A DNA stretch of 64,000 nt, taken from assembly GCF_036321535.1 (NCBI RefSeq), contig NC_087437.1:33048001-33112000 (forward strand), in the 5' to 3' direction. The position numbers and the translations under genes are program-made. The notes under the pieces were generated by a model. The model did not search any database and was not told the DNA's origin. It was given only the letters and a program-made list of their open reading frames with translations. Positions 1-13,469 of the stretch are shown here, piece after piece. This stretch comes from Camelus dromedarius (taxonomy: Eukaryota). How positions within the stretch are numbered: position 1 is the stretch's first letter; each line of letters begins with the position of its first letter.

Positions 1-170
1 ACAGCCCTCTAGAGAGGCTGGGGATCCCACTGAATTAAGGATGGACATGCAAGGTGCATTTTCTCTCTTCTTAGACTCATCATTCGTCTCTTTATTTTAT
101 GTTCCTTCTTTTTTTTTTTTTTTTTCTTTCTCTCCTCCACTTGTCTCTAGTCTCCTGGAAAGCCTTGGAA

Positions 171-625
171 CAGTGTTTTTCCAAAGCTCAGTAATGTGAG
201 AACTACTGTCACGATATCCTCTCACCTGCCCCCAACATGTCCAAATCCCAACTATACTAGTTTCCTTAGATTAACTCATTTTTTCACTTAAATTTTTAAA
301 GACTAGCTATTGATATATAGCACCACTTTAAATGTAAAACCAGTTTCACTTGCCATAAATAGAAGGCTCACATATAAATGCAATTAATACAAAAATATAT
401 AGTAGTGGAATTTTAGTTGGCTATGGTTGCTTGTTGCAGGCCTTGTACTTGAGTCCTACTCTTTAAGTAACGCTGGAGAAGTGTTAAAGACATACCAGCA
501 TCATAGTGAGGCTTGCTCCTTAAATAGGGACTGGGATGAAGACAGAAAAGAGCAACATTCTCATCTGATTTTCAAATTACCATGCCTACCTAAAACTTTA
601 GCATTTCCCACTTTGGGAAACAGTG
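171..625. mobile_element. hAT-Charlie DNA transposon relic (MER113-like)
   Basis: Imperfect terminal inverted repeats CAGTGTTTTTCCAAAG (171) and CTTTGGGAAACAGTG (611-625). Internal sequence (cacttgccataaatagaagg, gtgttaaagacatac) resembles MER113 as recalled. Confidence 0.6.
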
Positions 626-999
626 CATTCAGTTTAGGCTCACAAAAGTCCTAAGTTTTGTTGAAATCTGATAGGCCTCATCCCATTTCCCTCAAGTACT
701 GAGTACACTATTTACTAACTTCACTCAGAAAATTTTTGCACATTTTTTTTTGTTATTTGTTCACATAATTTGTTCACAGCTTCTGACCAGCCACCACAGA
801 GTGTTTCGGATATAGAACTTTGGTGTGGATCACAAAATGTGGCCGGTGGAATGGGTCTTTGGATGTCATTTAGCCCAAATCTTGATCCATCTCCATCTTC
901 CCGAAGAGACTTGGGATTCGAAGCCCAGGGCGATTTGCCCAAGGTCACATAGAGGGTAGACTAATTTTTGTGTTCCTGCAGCCCAGAGAACAGGCTATC

Positions 1000-1790
1000 T
1001 CGTCCTGCAGGAGACTTCACGGTGGTTTGCCTGGCTGGAGCGAGGCCAAACTTTAAGCCTCCACTGTGTTGATCGCGGTTGCCACGGCAGCGGCACATTG
1101 TTCCCCGCCTCATCTTGGTGACGTTACGGGACCAGCGCCCAATGGGAAAGCCGCTCTCCGCCAGGCACCGCCTTTCCCAGCCGGCTCGGCCGTCGCGGCC
1201 GGGAGGGAAGCGTTGACAGTGCTGCGGAGGCTGGCTGGGGTCGCGGCCGCGGCAAGTGACATCGTTTTCCAATCTGTCCGCGTCCGCAGCCGCCCGACAC
1301 GGAGCCAGGATGTTCGGGATGCTGAGCAGCAGCTTTGAGGATGATCCCTTCTTCTCGTGAGTGTCGGGGCCCGGGACCCCGCGGCCGCGAGGGAATTCAG
1401 GGATCTTGAGCGGAGCTGTTAAGGGAAAAGAGCGAGTTAAAACTCGACAGACGGCGAGACGGAATTCGGGTGACTACCGGAGGCAGCTTGAGGGAGAGGA
1501 AGACATGGGGACGTGAGAGGGAAGGGAGAAGAGGGTTTAGTGGGATGTCAGGGCGAGGAGAGGAGAGAAGGATTCGGGGGCGTGAGGTGGGGGTGGGGGG
1601 CAGTCGAGCAGGCCCCCCTCCCCAACAAACCCGGGTGTGGGCTGCTCTCAACCTGACGCGACTTCAGGTACTGCGCACCCCCCACCCCCACGCTTCCTGC
1701 GTTCGGGAGTCCAGTCTTCACAGCTGCAAAGGCGTTGCTTGTGACGAAACTGCCCTCTCGGTGGACCGTCTGGTGAGGATTATGCTCACA
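1000..1790 (+). promoter_or_regulatory. MLF1: MLF1 CpG-island promoter / exon 1 region
   Basis: Sharp rise in GC and CpG density around the ATG at 1310. X-box-like GTTGCCACGGCAGC 1078-1091, CRE-like TGACGTTA 1119-1126, CCAAT 1139-1143. Boundaries approximate. Confidence 0.85.
1310..1356 (+). CDS. MLF1: Myeloid leukemia factor 1, coding exon 1 (47 nt)
   Basis: ATG in ccaggATGt context, MFGMLSSSFEDDPFF(S) matches the MLF1 N-terminus, donor TC|gtgagt. Confidence 0.96.
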
Positions 1791-3567
1791 GGACCCACGC
1801 TTGTTTCAATTTCAAATGAGGGGTAGGGAATACTTAATAGAGGACAAGTCTTCGAAAAGGGAAGCGTTTTAAAAACAGTATTGTCCATTATACTTGTTTA
1901 TAAGAATATTAAGTTAGAGTTGTGCTGTCTCTCCCCTCGAAGTGGTTGGAAGTTGCCAGGTACACTGTTTTGTTTGCTTACTTTGTTACAAAGGTAGCCT
2001 TGTTTGGAAAGGGACTCTTCTTTCTGTCAAAAGTAGGGCAGGGAAGCAGAGAGAGGGTGCATTTAACACCTCAGGTAAACAAGTGCCAACCCCTGTAAAC
2101 GGTTCCAAGTGAAATAATGTGGTGCCTTAAAACGAAGGCATCCAGAAACTAGTGGCATTATGATCTCATTTTCTGGGTTTTGTCTTTTTTTAGTTCTTCC
2201 TCTAGCGATTATGTAAAAGAACACAATCTAGTTGGATCCCTAAAACAGGAAAAATTGTGTTACTTTTTTGCCCATGTGTTTTGCCAGTTTGAATTTCGAC
2301 TTGCTGTCTTAATTTATTTTGATCACTTCTATTCTTTATGCAACTTGGAGACCATTTTTTAAAAGGTTAAAATATTAAGTTTACTATGTAGATTTTTGTT
2401 TGCTTTTGAAGGAAAATATTATATTGGCTTAAATGTGTTAGTACTATATTAAAACAAAATGTAAAAGTAATAATTGAAAAGAAATTAACAGAACAAAAGA
2501 TGAAATGATTAATGTAGAAAAATTAAATGATTAACTTTTTATTCTAAAGGTTATTCATTATAATTAAGGGGTATACGGACTCAGGCAAATTTATTATACT
2601 GTTTTAGTTAACTTGTTTAGGAGTGGTTGGGACCTTTATGATCAGTGTCGTTTTAACAAATTTCAAATTGTATATTATGATTTCCTCTTTAAAACCCTCT
2701 GAGAGTAGGGACTAAATATATCCATAGAGTAAATGAGCTGTTGAGGTGGTTCTTATGTAATTGTGACATCAGTACAATGGGTGACAGTTAAGAAGATTAT
2801 GACAAAGCTTTTGAGTTGTATTGTCCTTGATTATGTCATAAAGAGCAATGACCTTAACCGTGAATGTATAATCAGTACCTTCTTTAAAATGTCAAGCAGA
2901 AGTGTAATTTAAACTCTTGGGTGACTATTTCTGAGCAAAGGCAATGAACCCAAGAGTCTGGGTCAGAAATAGTAACAGACCACAAATAGTAGGCATACAT
3001 CAAAGGACACTCTTGCCCTGCGCTTAGGACAGATAGGACCACCAGTTACATGTCAGTAGGTCTTTCAGTCATCACTCTGTGGCCTTCTTCAAATGCAGGC
3101 AGCCATGTCATAAAAATCTGGGATAAAATTATTGTAATTAACTTTATAAAACTAATTTATACTTATAATTTTTTTGCTTCACAATTAATAATATAGAGAA
3201 TAAATGTAATTAGGGGAGGTAATGGAGAAAGAGAATATGAGTTTAGTAATCTGTCATTTGTCCCACTCCTGTTACCCGAACCCCAAACAAAATGAGTATC
3301 CATTACTTAACATAAGAAATTCATAACGATGACAGGTTCCTTATTAAATCATCAACTAACCTTAAGGAACACAGAAAGGTTCCATGCTTATCATCTTTTA
3401 TATAAATATCCCAATTGCTAACATTTTGGGTCTGGTCCCTAGTGGCTATTTTAATGTCTGACATGTAGAAAGTATTCAATAAGTAATGTTTAATAACAGT
3501 CTGATGTCGTTTACTCTGTTTGTAGTTGATGTGGTATTTAGTTGATTGCTGGATTGCTGAAAGTAAT

Positions 3568-4037
3568 CAGCTGGTCCCCAATTTACAATGGTTCCACTTA
3601 AGATTTTTCAACTTTGCAGTGGTGTGAAAACAATACATATTCAGTAGAAACCATACTTTAAATTTTGAATTTCAGTCTTTTCCCAGACTAGTGATATGTG
3701 GTAGAATGCTCTCCTATGAAGTGGGCAGAGGCAGCAAGCCAACTCAGTCAGCCACGCTGTCACTAGGGTGAACAACCCATCCACTCACAACCATTGTTTT
3801 TCACTTTTAGTACAGAAATTGCATAAGGTGTTCAGTACTTTATTGCAAAATAGGCTTTGTTTTAGAGAATTTTGGCCAACTGTAGGCTAATGTGTTCTGG
3901 GCACATTTAAGGTACACTAGGCTAAGCTATGATGTTTGGTAGATGAGGTGTATTAAGTGCATTTTCGATGTACAGTTATTTTCAACTTATGATGGAGTTA
4001 TCAGGACATGACCCCATCGTAAGTTGAGGAAGATCTG
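3568..4037. mobile_element. TcMar-Tigger element (MER47/Tigger5-like)
   Basis: Imperfect inverted ends cagctggtccccaatttacaatgg and cccatcgtaagttgaggaagatctg, followed by TA at 4038-4039. Confidence 0.7.
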
Positions 4038-5834
4038 TATTTACATTCAAAGGGTGCTATTGTTGATGTTGGCACTTTCTAATTTAAATGCTACCATTTT
4101 CTAAATAATTCATTAGCTCAGAATCAGGGTTATCAATAACAAGCACACACTACCAATTTGCTAATTCATCAAAAGTGGCAGACAAAAAATTTATACTTCT
4201 TGGACATAAAATTTGAATTTTTCAAAAAGTAAAGACTGGGTAAATACAGTGGTCAAATTGTTAAACACTAAGGATTTTAAAACAAAATCTGTAGCTTTGA
4301 ATTCAAATATATTCACTTTCAATGTTCATCTTCCTGTAACAGTACATGTTAAATATTTTATCAGAAAAGTAAAGGGAAACTTTAAAAGTGATATTTTAAA
4401 GTTTGGTGTTTTATTATGTATTTGAGACTTTTTGGTATATCATAATATGTTTCAGAGCTGAAGTTTTATCAGTGAAAATTGCCTCACAGTATACCTTCAT
4501 ATATATCTTTTAAAATAAATAATACTTGTAATTTGGTTAAAAGCACTAAGACTAAAAGCTAGCACTTCCTGGCATGCAGCTTTCCCTCAAGAATACTACT
4601 TTCTCCTCTGATTTGTATTTGCTTAAGAACAGAAATATGGATGGATGGATAGGAAAATTAATTTGAGGTTAAAATGGTTTGGACATCTATCCTATACCCT
4701 AAAAAACTGATTATTAAATATAAAAGTTTACGTATATGTAGTATAACCTAGAAATTTCTACGTTGTACAGAAACATAAACTTTGAATCTTCTGAGCTATA
4801 GAAATGAAATCCTGATCATGCAAGTCTACAAAGAATAGCTGTGTTACCACTTATCAGCTGTTATAAAGACTCAGAAACAGGTTGGCAAATCAGCCTTATT
4901 CTTCATCATAAATTGTTAACATTCCTTTAAGCCACCCAAACTCTCCATATGGGCGCCATATTGTGATGACCACAATATGGTTGTTAAAGAAACCCTGCAT
5001 ATATTCACAGGATGTTACTTTTTTTAATCTCCTTGCTTTCATCAGGGGCTAACATTTACATGTCTATAATTCTGTTTTTAATTTTTAAAATTTATTTACT
5101 TTGCTCTTTGGAAGTAGTGGGAGGATACTGCTTTGACCAATTCGCTGAGATGAAAGTGAATGTAATGCATTCCACATATAAGATAGGCATTGACTGAGAT
5201 AGTCATTTTCTTGAGTGAGAATATTGCCATGGCAGGAAATAAAATAAAATCACCTTATTAGATAACTAGGCTGTTCATTTGGGGCATCTTTGATTTGTTA
5301 GGTACAAACTTGAGTTAGGAGCCAGGGAGCACAACATGATTATGACGTAGTTGCTGGGTCAGGGAATGCCATTTGGTACCATCTGTACTTACAGAATGGG
5401 AAGAAGCCATAGTCACTCCTACAACTCTTTTAACATCAAAGCCTTTTGCCATACCACCACTGTAAACTGTGCTTCTAAACGGCAGGAAAATAAAATTGCC
5501 TATGGAAATGTAATTCATTCTTCAAGTATTTCTTCGTTTTCTACTATATGCCTAGCCCTGTGGTCTCTTAGAAATTTGTAGAAGTCAAGGCCCATGCCCT
5601 AAAGATTCTCTTGTGAATGTTGTATTATTTCTAGTGTCAAAACTTAAATCATCTGATGTATTTTCTTTATGGACCCACATACCTCATTGAAACTAAGGAA
5701 CATTACTTTATGATCAAGAGAGTCATAACAATCTGCTTATGCTACTATCATGTGTAGTGGAAGGAAGGAGTTTCCCTTGATGGATGGGACTGCTATGTCA
5801 ATTATCTGAGACCCTGCATAATAAAGAGTAGCAT

Positions 5835-7754
5835 AAATCAGTTGCATTTCTTTACACTAACCATGAATCAACAGAAAAAGAAAGTAAAGAAACAATCCCC
5901 TTTAAAATAGCACCCAAAGTAATAAAATATCTGGGAATAAATCTAACCAAGGAGGTGAAAGAATTGTACACAGAAAACTATAAACCATTGAGGAAGGAAA
6001 TTAAAGAAGACTTTAAAAAATGGAAAGATATCCCACGCTCTTGGATTGGAAGAATCAATATTGTTAAAATGGTCACACTGCCCAAGGCAATCTACAGATT
6101 TAATGCAATCCCTATCAAATTACCCAGGACATATTTCACAGAACTAGAACAAATCATAATAAAATTTATATGGAACTATCAAAGACCTAGAATTGCCAAA
6201 GCATTACTGAAGAGAAAGAAAGAGGCTGGAGGAATAACTCTCCCAGACTTCAGGCAATACTGTAGAGCTACAGTCATCAAGACAGCATGGTATTGGTACA
6301 AAAACAGACATATAGACCAATGAAACAGAATAGAGAGCCAAGAAATGAACCCACAAACTTTTGGTCAACTAATCTTCGACAAAGGAGGCAAGAATATACA
6401 ATGGAATAAAGACAGTCTCTTCAGCAAATGGTGTTGGGAAAACTGGACAGCAGCATGTAAAACAATGAAGCTAGAACACTCCCTTACACCATATACAAAA
6501 ATCAACTCAAAAGGATCAAAGACTTAAACATAAGACAAGATACAATAAACTTCCTAGAGGAAAACATAGGCAAAACATTATCTGACATACATTTCAAAAA
6601 TTTTCTCCTAGAAGAAATAAAAGCAAGAATAAACAAATGGGACCTAATGAAACTTACAGGCTTCTGCACAGCAAAGGAAACCAGAAGTAAAACAAGAAGA
6701 CAACCTACGGAATGGGAGAAAATCTTTGCAAATGAAACCGACAAAGGCTTGATCTCCAGAATATATAAGCAGCTCATATGACTCAATAAGAAAAAAAAAA
6801 AACAACCCAATCCAGAAATGGGCAGAAGACCTAACAAGCAATTCTCCAAGGAAGACATACAAATGATCAAAAGGCACATGAAAAAAATGCTCAATATCAC
6901 TAATTATCAGAGAAATGCAAATCAAAACTACAATGAGGTATCACCTCACACCAGTCAGAATGGCCGTCATTCAAAAATCCACAAATGACAAATGCTGGAG
7001 AGGCTGTGGAGAAAGGGGAACCCTCCTACACTGCTGGTGGGAATGCAGTTTGGTGCAGCCACTATGGAAAACAATGTGGAGATTCCTCAAGAGACTAGGA
7101 ATAAACTTACTGTATGACCCAGGAATCCCACTCTTGGGCTTGTATCCAGAAGGAACCCTACTTCAGGATGGCACCTGCACCCCAATGTTCATAGCAGCAC
7201 TATTTACAATAGCCAAAACATGGAAACAGCCTAAATGTCCATCAACAGGTGACTGGATAAAGCAGAAGTGGTATATTTATACAATGGAATACTACTCAGC
7301 CATAAAAACCGACAACATAATGCCATTTGCAGCAACATGGATGCTCCTGGAGAATGTCATTCTAAGAGAAGTAAGCCAGAAAGAGAAAGAAAAATACCAT
7401 ATGAGATCGCTCATATGTGGAATCTAAAAAACAAAAACAAAAATAAACAAACAAACAAAAAGCGTAAATACAGGACAGAAATAGACTCATAGACAGAGAA
7501 TACAGACTTGTGGTTGCCAGGGGGGTGGAGGGTGGGAAGGGATAGCCTGGGATTTCAAAATTGTAGAATAGATAAACAAGATTATACTGTATAGCACAGG
7601 GAAATATACACAAAATGTTATGATAACTCACAGAGAAAAAAATGTGACAGTGTGTATATGTTCATGAATGACTGAAAAATTGTGCTGAACACTGGGATTT
7701 GACACAACATTGTAAAATGATTATAAATCAATAAAAAATGTTTAAAAGAAAGAA
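5835..7754 (+). mobile_element. 5'-truncated, relatively young LINE-1 (ORF2 3' part, 3'UTR, A-rich tail)
   Basis: ORF-track segments 5955-6323, 6345-6527 and 6915-7427 are L1 ORF2p ([30 protein letters not shown]), broken by a stop and frameshifts. AATAAA 7730-7735. Near-identical TSD ATAAAGAGTAGCAT (5821-5834) / ATAAAAGTAGCAT (7755-7767). Confidence 0.95.
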
Positions 7755-10092
7755 ATAAAAGTAGCATTAACCTTTTTTACTTAGAAGCACAAGTATCTAT
7801 ATTCTTGTACAGGCTAGTAAAATTGTAACTCTGGGAAAAATATATATATAATATGTATTTGAGAGAGTCTTAAAAACAGGAACTTATTCTTAAGTGAAAT
7901 ATTATCAGCCTCTTAAAAAAAAAAACTGTATGTTGATATTCCCAGGAGACCCAAAATCAATCTAGGAGTTAAGGCTTTTTGTTGGGGAAGGTATTTCCTA
8001 GCTTCTGATAGGTAAATAATATGGAGTGGAAAAAATGTGTTTGGTGCCAAGTTTCATTCTGTTTGATTGTGGTTTGCGTCAGCAATCTTGTAAGAGATAG
8101 TATGGTCATCATAATAGTATAAGTAAATTTTTCCTCATTTATTCATTGAAAATGCATTCTCATGGGAAATCTGTAAACTATAGAAAATTTGGTGAAGGAA
8201 ATCATGCAACCCAAGATTTTAGATACTATCATTATTTTGGTGTATTTTGTTTCTATTTTCTAGATATGAAATTGTTTTCAAAATTGAAACCAAGCTTTAT
8301 GGTTATAAATACAGTTTTTCCTCAACACATACCGTAAACATTTTCCTAATCTTTAGATATTCTTTAAAGCATGAATTTAGTAGCTGCAAAATATTACATC
8401 CTGTGGAAGTGAAAAGAATATTTTTCAGATAAATCTTTAACCACATTTCAAATTATTACTTTAGAGTAGTTTATGTACACAAAATGACCAGTTTATAGGA
8501 TATGAACTTTGTAAAGCATCGTTATATTTTCTAATTTATTTTCCTAGAAGAATGAAACATTCATTTTTGAAAGAGAACAATATGAATAGATAGAAAAATA
8601 TAATAACTCTTCTTTTTATATTTTATAAAACAAGCTATGTATTAGCTTAATTTTTGAAATATTAACACAGCTTCTTGCTACCACAAGAGACTTTGGCGTT
8701 GTTAAAAATTCAAGCTTGAACGAGAGAAATCTTAAAGTGTTATCTCCAAGCAGCTGCTGTTTTGGGTAGACATGAGTTGAACTCAGTCTGGGGTTCAGCC
8801 AGATTTCTCCCTGAATGGCTCAGACAGGTGCAAAAGCCAGACTGGGAGCCCACTTTTGTCTTAATGCTTTTTCCAACAGACAGTCTTTTGTTCATGTCAT
8901 CCAAAAAAGTAAGATTTTTTTTTAGCATTTGCTGTACATATAAATATACCTACTCCTATTTAAATAAAGAGAAACCTGGGCAACATTTTAACGAGCCACA
9001 GTTAGTTGTTGAATTTTTAGCCCAAGTATAATGCAATCAGAAAAATAAATCTCATTAAGTGTTCTGTTTCTATAGGAAAATAATAGCTGTTTAATACTCA
9101 TTTATTCACTGAAGAAAACTTGTATTCCCTGAAGTATCTTTCTTCATTGCATTTGACTCTCATTGACATCTCTAAAAGGAAAGTTGACTGGTTTTCTTAA
9201 GTAACTGCATATTAATGAGAGTGAACACTTTTTTCCTCCACATTTGGACCTGTATTCTAAGCTCTAAGTGTCCAGTGAGTATGGGGATCTAAGCAAAAGG
9301 ACTCTCTCTTGAATCATCCATTCTAAAACATCAGATGGTATGAAATCCTTTAACTCTACATAGTTCTATTCCTTTTTTTATTCCTTAAAGATTTTTATTA
9401 TGAAATGTTTAAAATATATACTACAAAAGTAGTGCAGTATAACAATACTGTGTCCTCATCACCCAGAATTTCAAAATTTACAGCTGCTTTACTCATCTCT
9501 ATTGCTGCTGCTGTCTTCAAAATGTCTTAAAGCAAATTCCAGACTTCCTCTCATCTCACTTATATGTATTGCTAAATACATCTCTGAAAAATATTGTCTT
9601 CTTACATTACCATAATGCCATTTGTACAAGTAACAAAATTAACAGTAGTTTCAGTTTCTTGGTATCATCTGGCACTGAGTATCATCTAACTAGGAAATAC
9701 TTTGGAATAATCTGGTTTTTGAAATAAAAATTAGAAATTCTTAAGACAACTCATTTATGGGTTTTACAACTACTTGAAACTCTGTCTCTTTAAGTAAAAC
9801 TAGGGAGATGTATACACCAAATTCTGATTCCTTAATTGAAACTAACTTCTGATCTTCAGGTCTTGATTTGGGAAAGTGTAAAACTACTGACCCATTTAAT
9901 TTTTAAATTGTCACAACTTCTTCATTGTGCTGGTTGCCTATTATTCTGCTAAAATAGTGATTTCAAACTTTTAATAGGTGGCAAATCTAGGAATAGTAGT
10001 CTGTTAAGTTTTCCATGCCAATCACTCCTATCAATAAGACAAAAATTCAAAACTAAAAATCCTATAAAAATTCATGGGAAAATGATCTTATT

Positions 10093-10148
10093 TATAATAT
10101 TTTTCTGCATTGTATGTATAATATTTTTCTGCATTTTATGTATAATAT
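10093..10148. repeat. 24-bp tandem duplication
   Basis: tataatatttttctgcattgtatg then tataatatttttctgcattttatg (1 mismatch), plus a partial third copy. Confidence 0.85.
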
Positions 10149-13100
10149 CTTTACTTGATTAATCCTTAATATGTTAGTCTGTTTTTAGTTGGAAAGGAGG
10201 AAATATGAGTAATATGTAAATAAACCTAATGCTCTAGTGTCTTCATTTTATCATATTTCCTAAGTGAATTTAGTACATTTCTGTAGATAATGCTGATCAT
10301 TCAACTAAATATTTTCTTCATTCTGAGAGACTCAGTTACTAATTTGGTTAAGAATAGTTTAATTTTTGGATTCCTGTTGAAATTTTTGTATTCTGTTGCA
10401 TGAAGAGCATCCTCAGCCTGCACATGCTGAAGAGCTCTTTCTCTTTGTGACTTTGCATAAAATTTGTCAACAGAAAGGAGGCTAGAAAGTAGTCAAAGCA
10501 GTGTCCCCTGGTGGATGGTATGTGAAGGACAAGAGTGACGGCAGGAGAACACACGAAGTAAGAGTACTGATGTGTTACAAATTTTTAGAATCTGGATCAA
10601 TTATCCAGACCAGCAGTGGTCCTAATGCAGAGGTGGTTGAACATTATTGTGCCGGTCAGGAATGCAGAGGACCTGGTGTCAGTCGTGAATACATTTCTTT
10701 TTCTACTTAACAGTTTCCTTTAAAACAGTTCATACTGCCCAAGATCTGTAGGGCAAAACCATCTGGAAACACTCTCATAAACAGACTCCTTATTAGATTT
10801 ATTTAGAGAATACTCACCTTTTCGTTTTTTCACTTTAATACTTTGTAGTATCATCAGAGGTACCTGGGAAATGGCACTGCTTTCTGAGTAGAAGACTAGA
10901 TTATAATTCCTGGAAATATTGACACCTAGTTCTTTATTTTTAGTAAAACTTCACTGCTGAGATATTGCTTCTGAAATGCAAAGCAATAATTTAATAATTT
11001 AGTTAACCATAGTAGTTTAAACAAAAAGAATAAATCCTTTAGATAAGTTCAAAACACTCACCATTACGCCATTTATGGTAGAATCAATTTAATGATTTGA
11101 AACATTCTACATAGCAAATTTCTGCATTCAATTTTCAGAAATTATATTCAAGTTTAAGGCAATGAGACATCAGAACTACACAGAGTTTTTGGAGTACACC
11201 TTCTGTCTTAGCATATTTTGAAAACTAATGCCTAATTAGAAACACCTGAGAAATACTAATTTATTAAAACATAAAACTTTGTAGCATGTTACCATGAATA
11301 CCAAAATTTGAGAATCTTTAGGATTTTCACAGAGATAAAATGGCATACTTTATTTTACAGCATGTTAGTGGGAATTGCCAAGAAATAAGCTTTTTTTTAA
11401 CTATTATGAAAAAAAACACATTTATACAGCCCAAACTGAATATTTACATTGAATTTGGAATTGCAGAATTTTTTTCCCATTTCAGTTTTCCATATTTACA
11501 AGTGCACCATGAAACTTTACAAAAAAATTTTTAAAAACCTATAAAACTTAGTAACATCTAACATCTGGCAGTTAATACCTTATTTTATAAAGTATCAAAG
11601 TGCTTTACATTTTCAAAAGTGTGTTTTTGAAATATGTAATACATGTTTATGGCAAAAACTCATACAGTACAGTAGGCACAGTAGACCTGCCTCACAACAA
11701 TATGGATATAATTAACAGTAAACTATACACTTAAAAATGGGTAAGATGGAAAACTCATTGAGCTGTACAGTTAAGATTGATCTGTGCACTTTTCTGTGTG
11801 TGCTATACGTCAATAAAATAGCTTATTTTAAGACCAAAAAAAAAAAAGACTCCTTTCTCACCTTTGGCCCTCAGCCATCTATCTACTCACCCTCTCAGAA
11901 TGCAACCACTGTACCGTTTTGCTGCATAGCCTCCTAGGGATATATTCTATACATTTATAAGCATTTGTGCATGGATTTTTTAACATGAGTGGAGGTGGTA
12001 TACTCTATATCCTGCTAATCCTTCCATATCAGTACATAAATATCTGTCTGGAGATTTTAAAGATGGCATAATATTCCATTTAAATGCTTTTAAAGTGCTG
12101 AAAAGTCTTTCATGGCTCTTTTCCTATCCTTTTTTGGTTATTGTTCCATCCAGAAACATCTGTGGGCCAGATAATTTTGTACAATGGATGGAGCAAGCAA
12201 GATGCGTTCCCTTTCTTCCAGTAGCTTCTAATCTAGGAGAAAAGACAAACAATATTTTCTGTATGTTATTTTATTTTCAGGTAGTCTTTGTTTTATAAAG
12301 AGGACTAACACAATCAGCAAGACTTCAATTGTTTTTAACTTGAATTTTTAAAAAAAATTCCCCTTTTACTCCCAAGAACAGTAACCTATGCCTTTTTAAG
12401 GGAAAGAAAAGAAAGTAGAAAAAATAGTGAAGAGTACTTAAAAGAAAAATGATTAAGTAGTTGAAATAGTCAATCTTATTCAAAAGTCCTAGAATGGGAA
12501 TTAAGGCTGACAAAAATAAGCGTATACCTGCCCACCTACATTGATATTTGGTTGTGGGAAACAAAATTTACTCTAGCAATTACAGGCAGAAAACAATTTA
12601 TTACAGGGCATTAAATGGCTTAGAGAATCACTGTGATGGCTGAAGAAACAAGATTCTAGACTGAACTTTCAGGAATGACTCCCAAAGTCACATCACAGAT
12701 TCAGACCACAGAGGGAGCAACTGCCACTTCCAGGGTTAGGAGTCACTGAATCGGGAAGCTGCCGCTGCTCCTGGCTCCGAAGGTGTTGTGTACCTGCTAG
12801 CATGTAAGCAAAATGGATTTCACTTCCCTGTCCCCCAATACCCATAAAGCTCTAGTGATGAGACACTCAGGGTTCTGTTAATACTGCTACAGAGAAACTA
12901 CGTACCTCTGTGACTGTGCTTACCAACAAAGAGAAGTAGTCATCCATATAGGCTCTGCTGCACCTCTGCCTTCCAGTTCTCAATTAATTGCCCAAAATTG
13001 GCAAAACCTAAATCCAGAATCTTAGCTTCAGTGGAGTAGTCTGTTAGGCCTTGGACTGAATGAGTTTTGGGAGGATGTGAAAATAGGAAATCTCAAATAC

Positions 13101-13469
13101 TGAGCCAAACTAAGCACAGCTTCTCCCTCCTAATTCATATCTATAAAGTCACTTGAAATACTTTTAAGCATTTGTGCTCTGAAATTAATTTCTTTATCTT
13201 GTTCAAAATATGTAAAAAAATTGCACGTATTTGAGGAAAAGTAACATCATGAAAGACAGAAGCTATGCTCACCAAACAGAAGAACCAACATTTAAGGAAA
13301 CAAAGCTAATGAAACAAAGACTATAGAAAGTGTAATTAATATCTTCAGGAGACTCCATTACCTTCAGGAGTGTGGCCACGAAAGATCCAATGTACCAACC
13401 CTCTTGGAGATAACACTATAATGGCAGGATAAAATACAAAAACAACTTTCTGGAGAAGGTACTAGAGAA

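Noticed and set aside
1576..1600. G-rich run as a G-quadruplex
   Set aside because: Only three closely spaced runs of three or more G. Ordinary for the 5' end of a first intron.
961..1826. Several 84-118 aa ORFs around MLF1 exon 1
   Set aside because: CpG-island artefacts. The real coding segment is the 47-nt exon.
5955..7427. L1 ORF2 peptides as a possible active or domesticated gene
   Set aside because: 5'-truncated (no endonuclease or RT core) and broken by a stop at 6321-6323 and frameshifts.
10474..10517. Possible 44-nt cryptic exon in MLF1 intron 1 (caacag| ... atg|gtatgt)
   Set aside because: Plausible splice sites, but it carries an in-frame stop. Such pseudo-exons are common by chance and I have no homology or transcript support.
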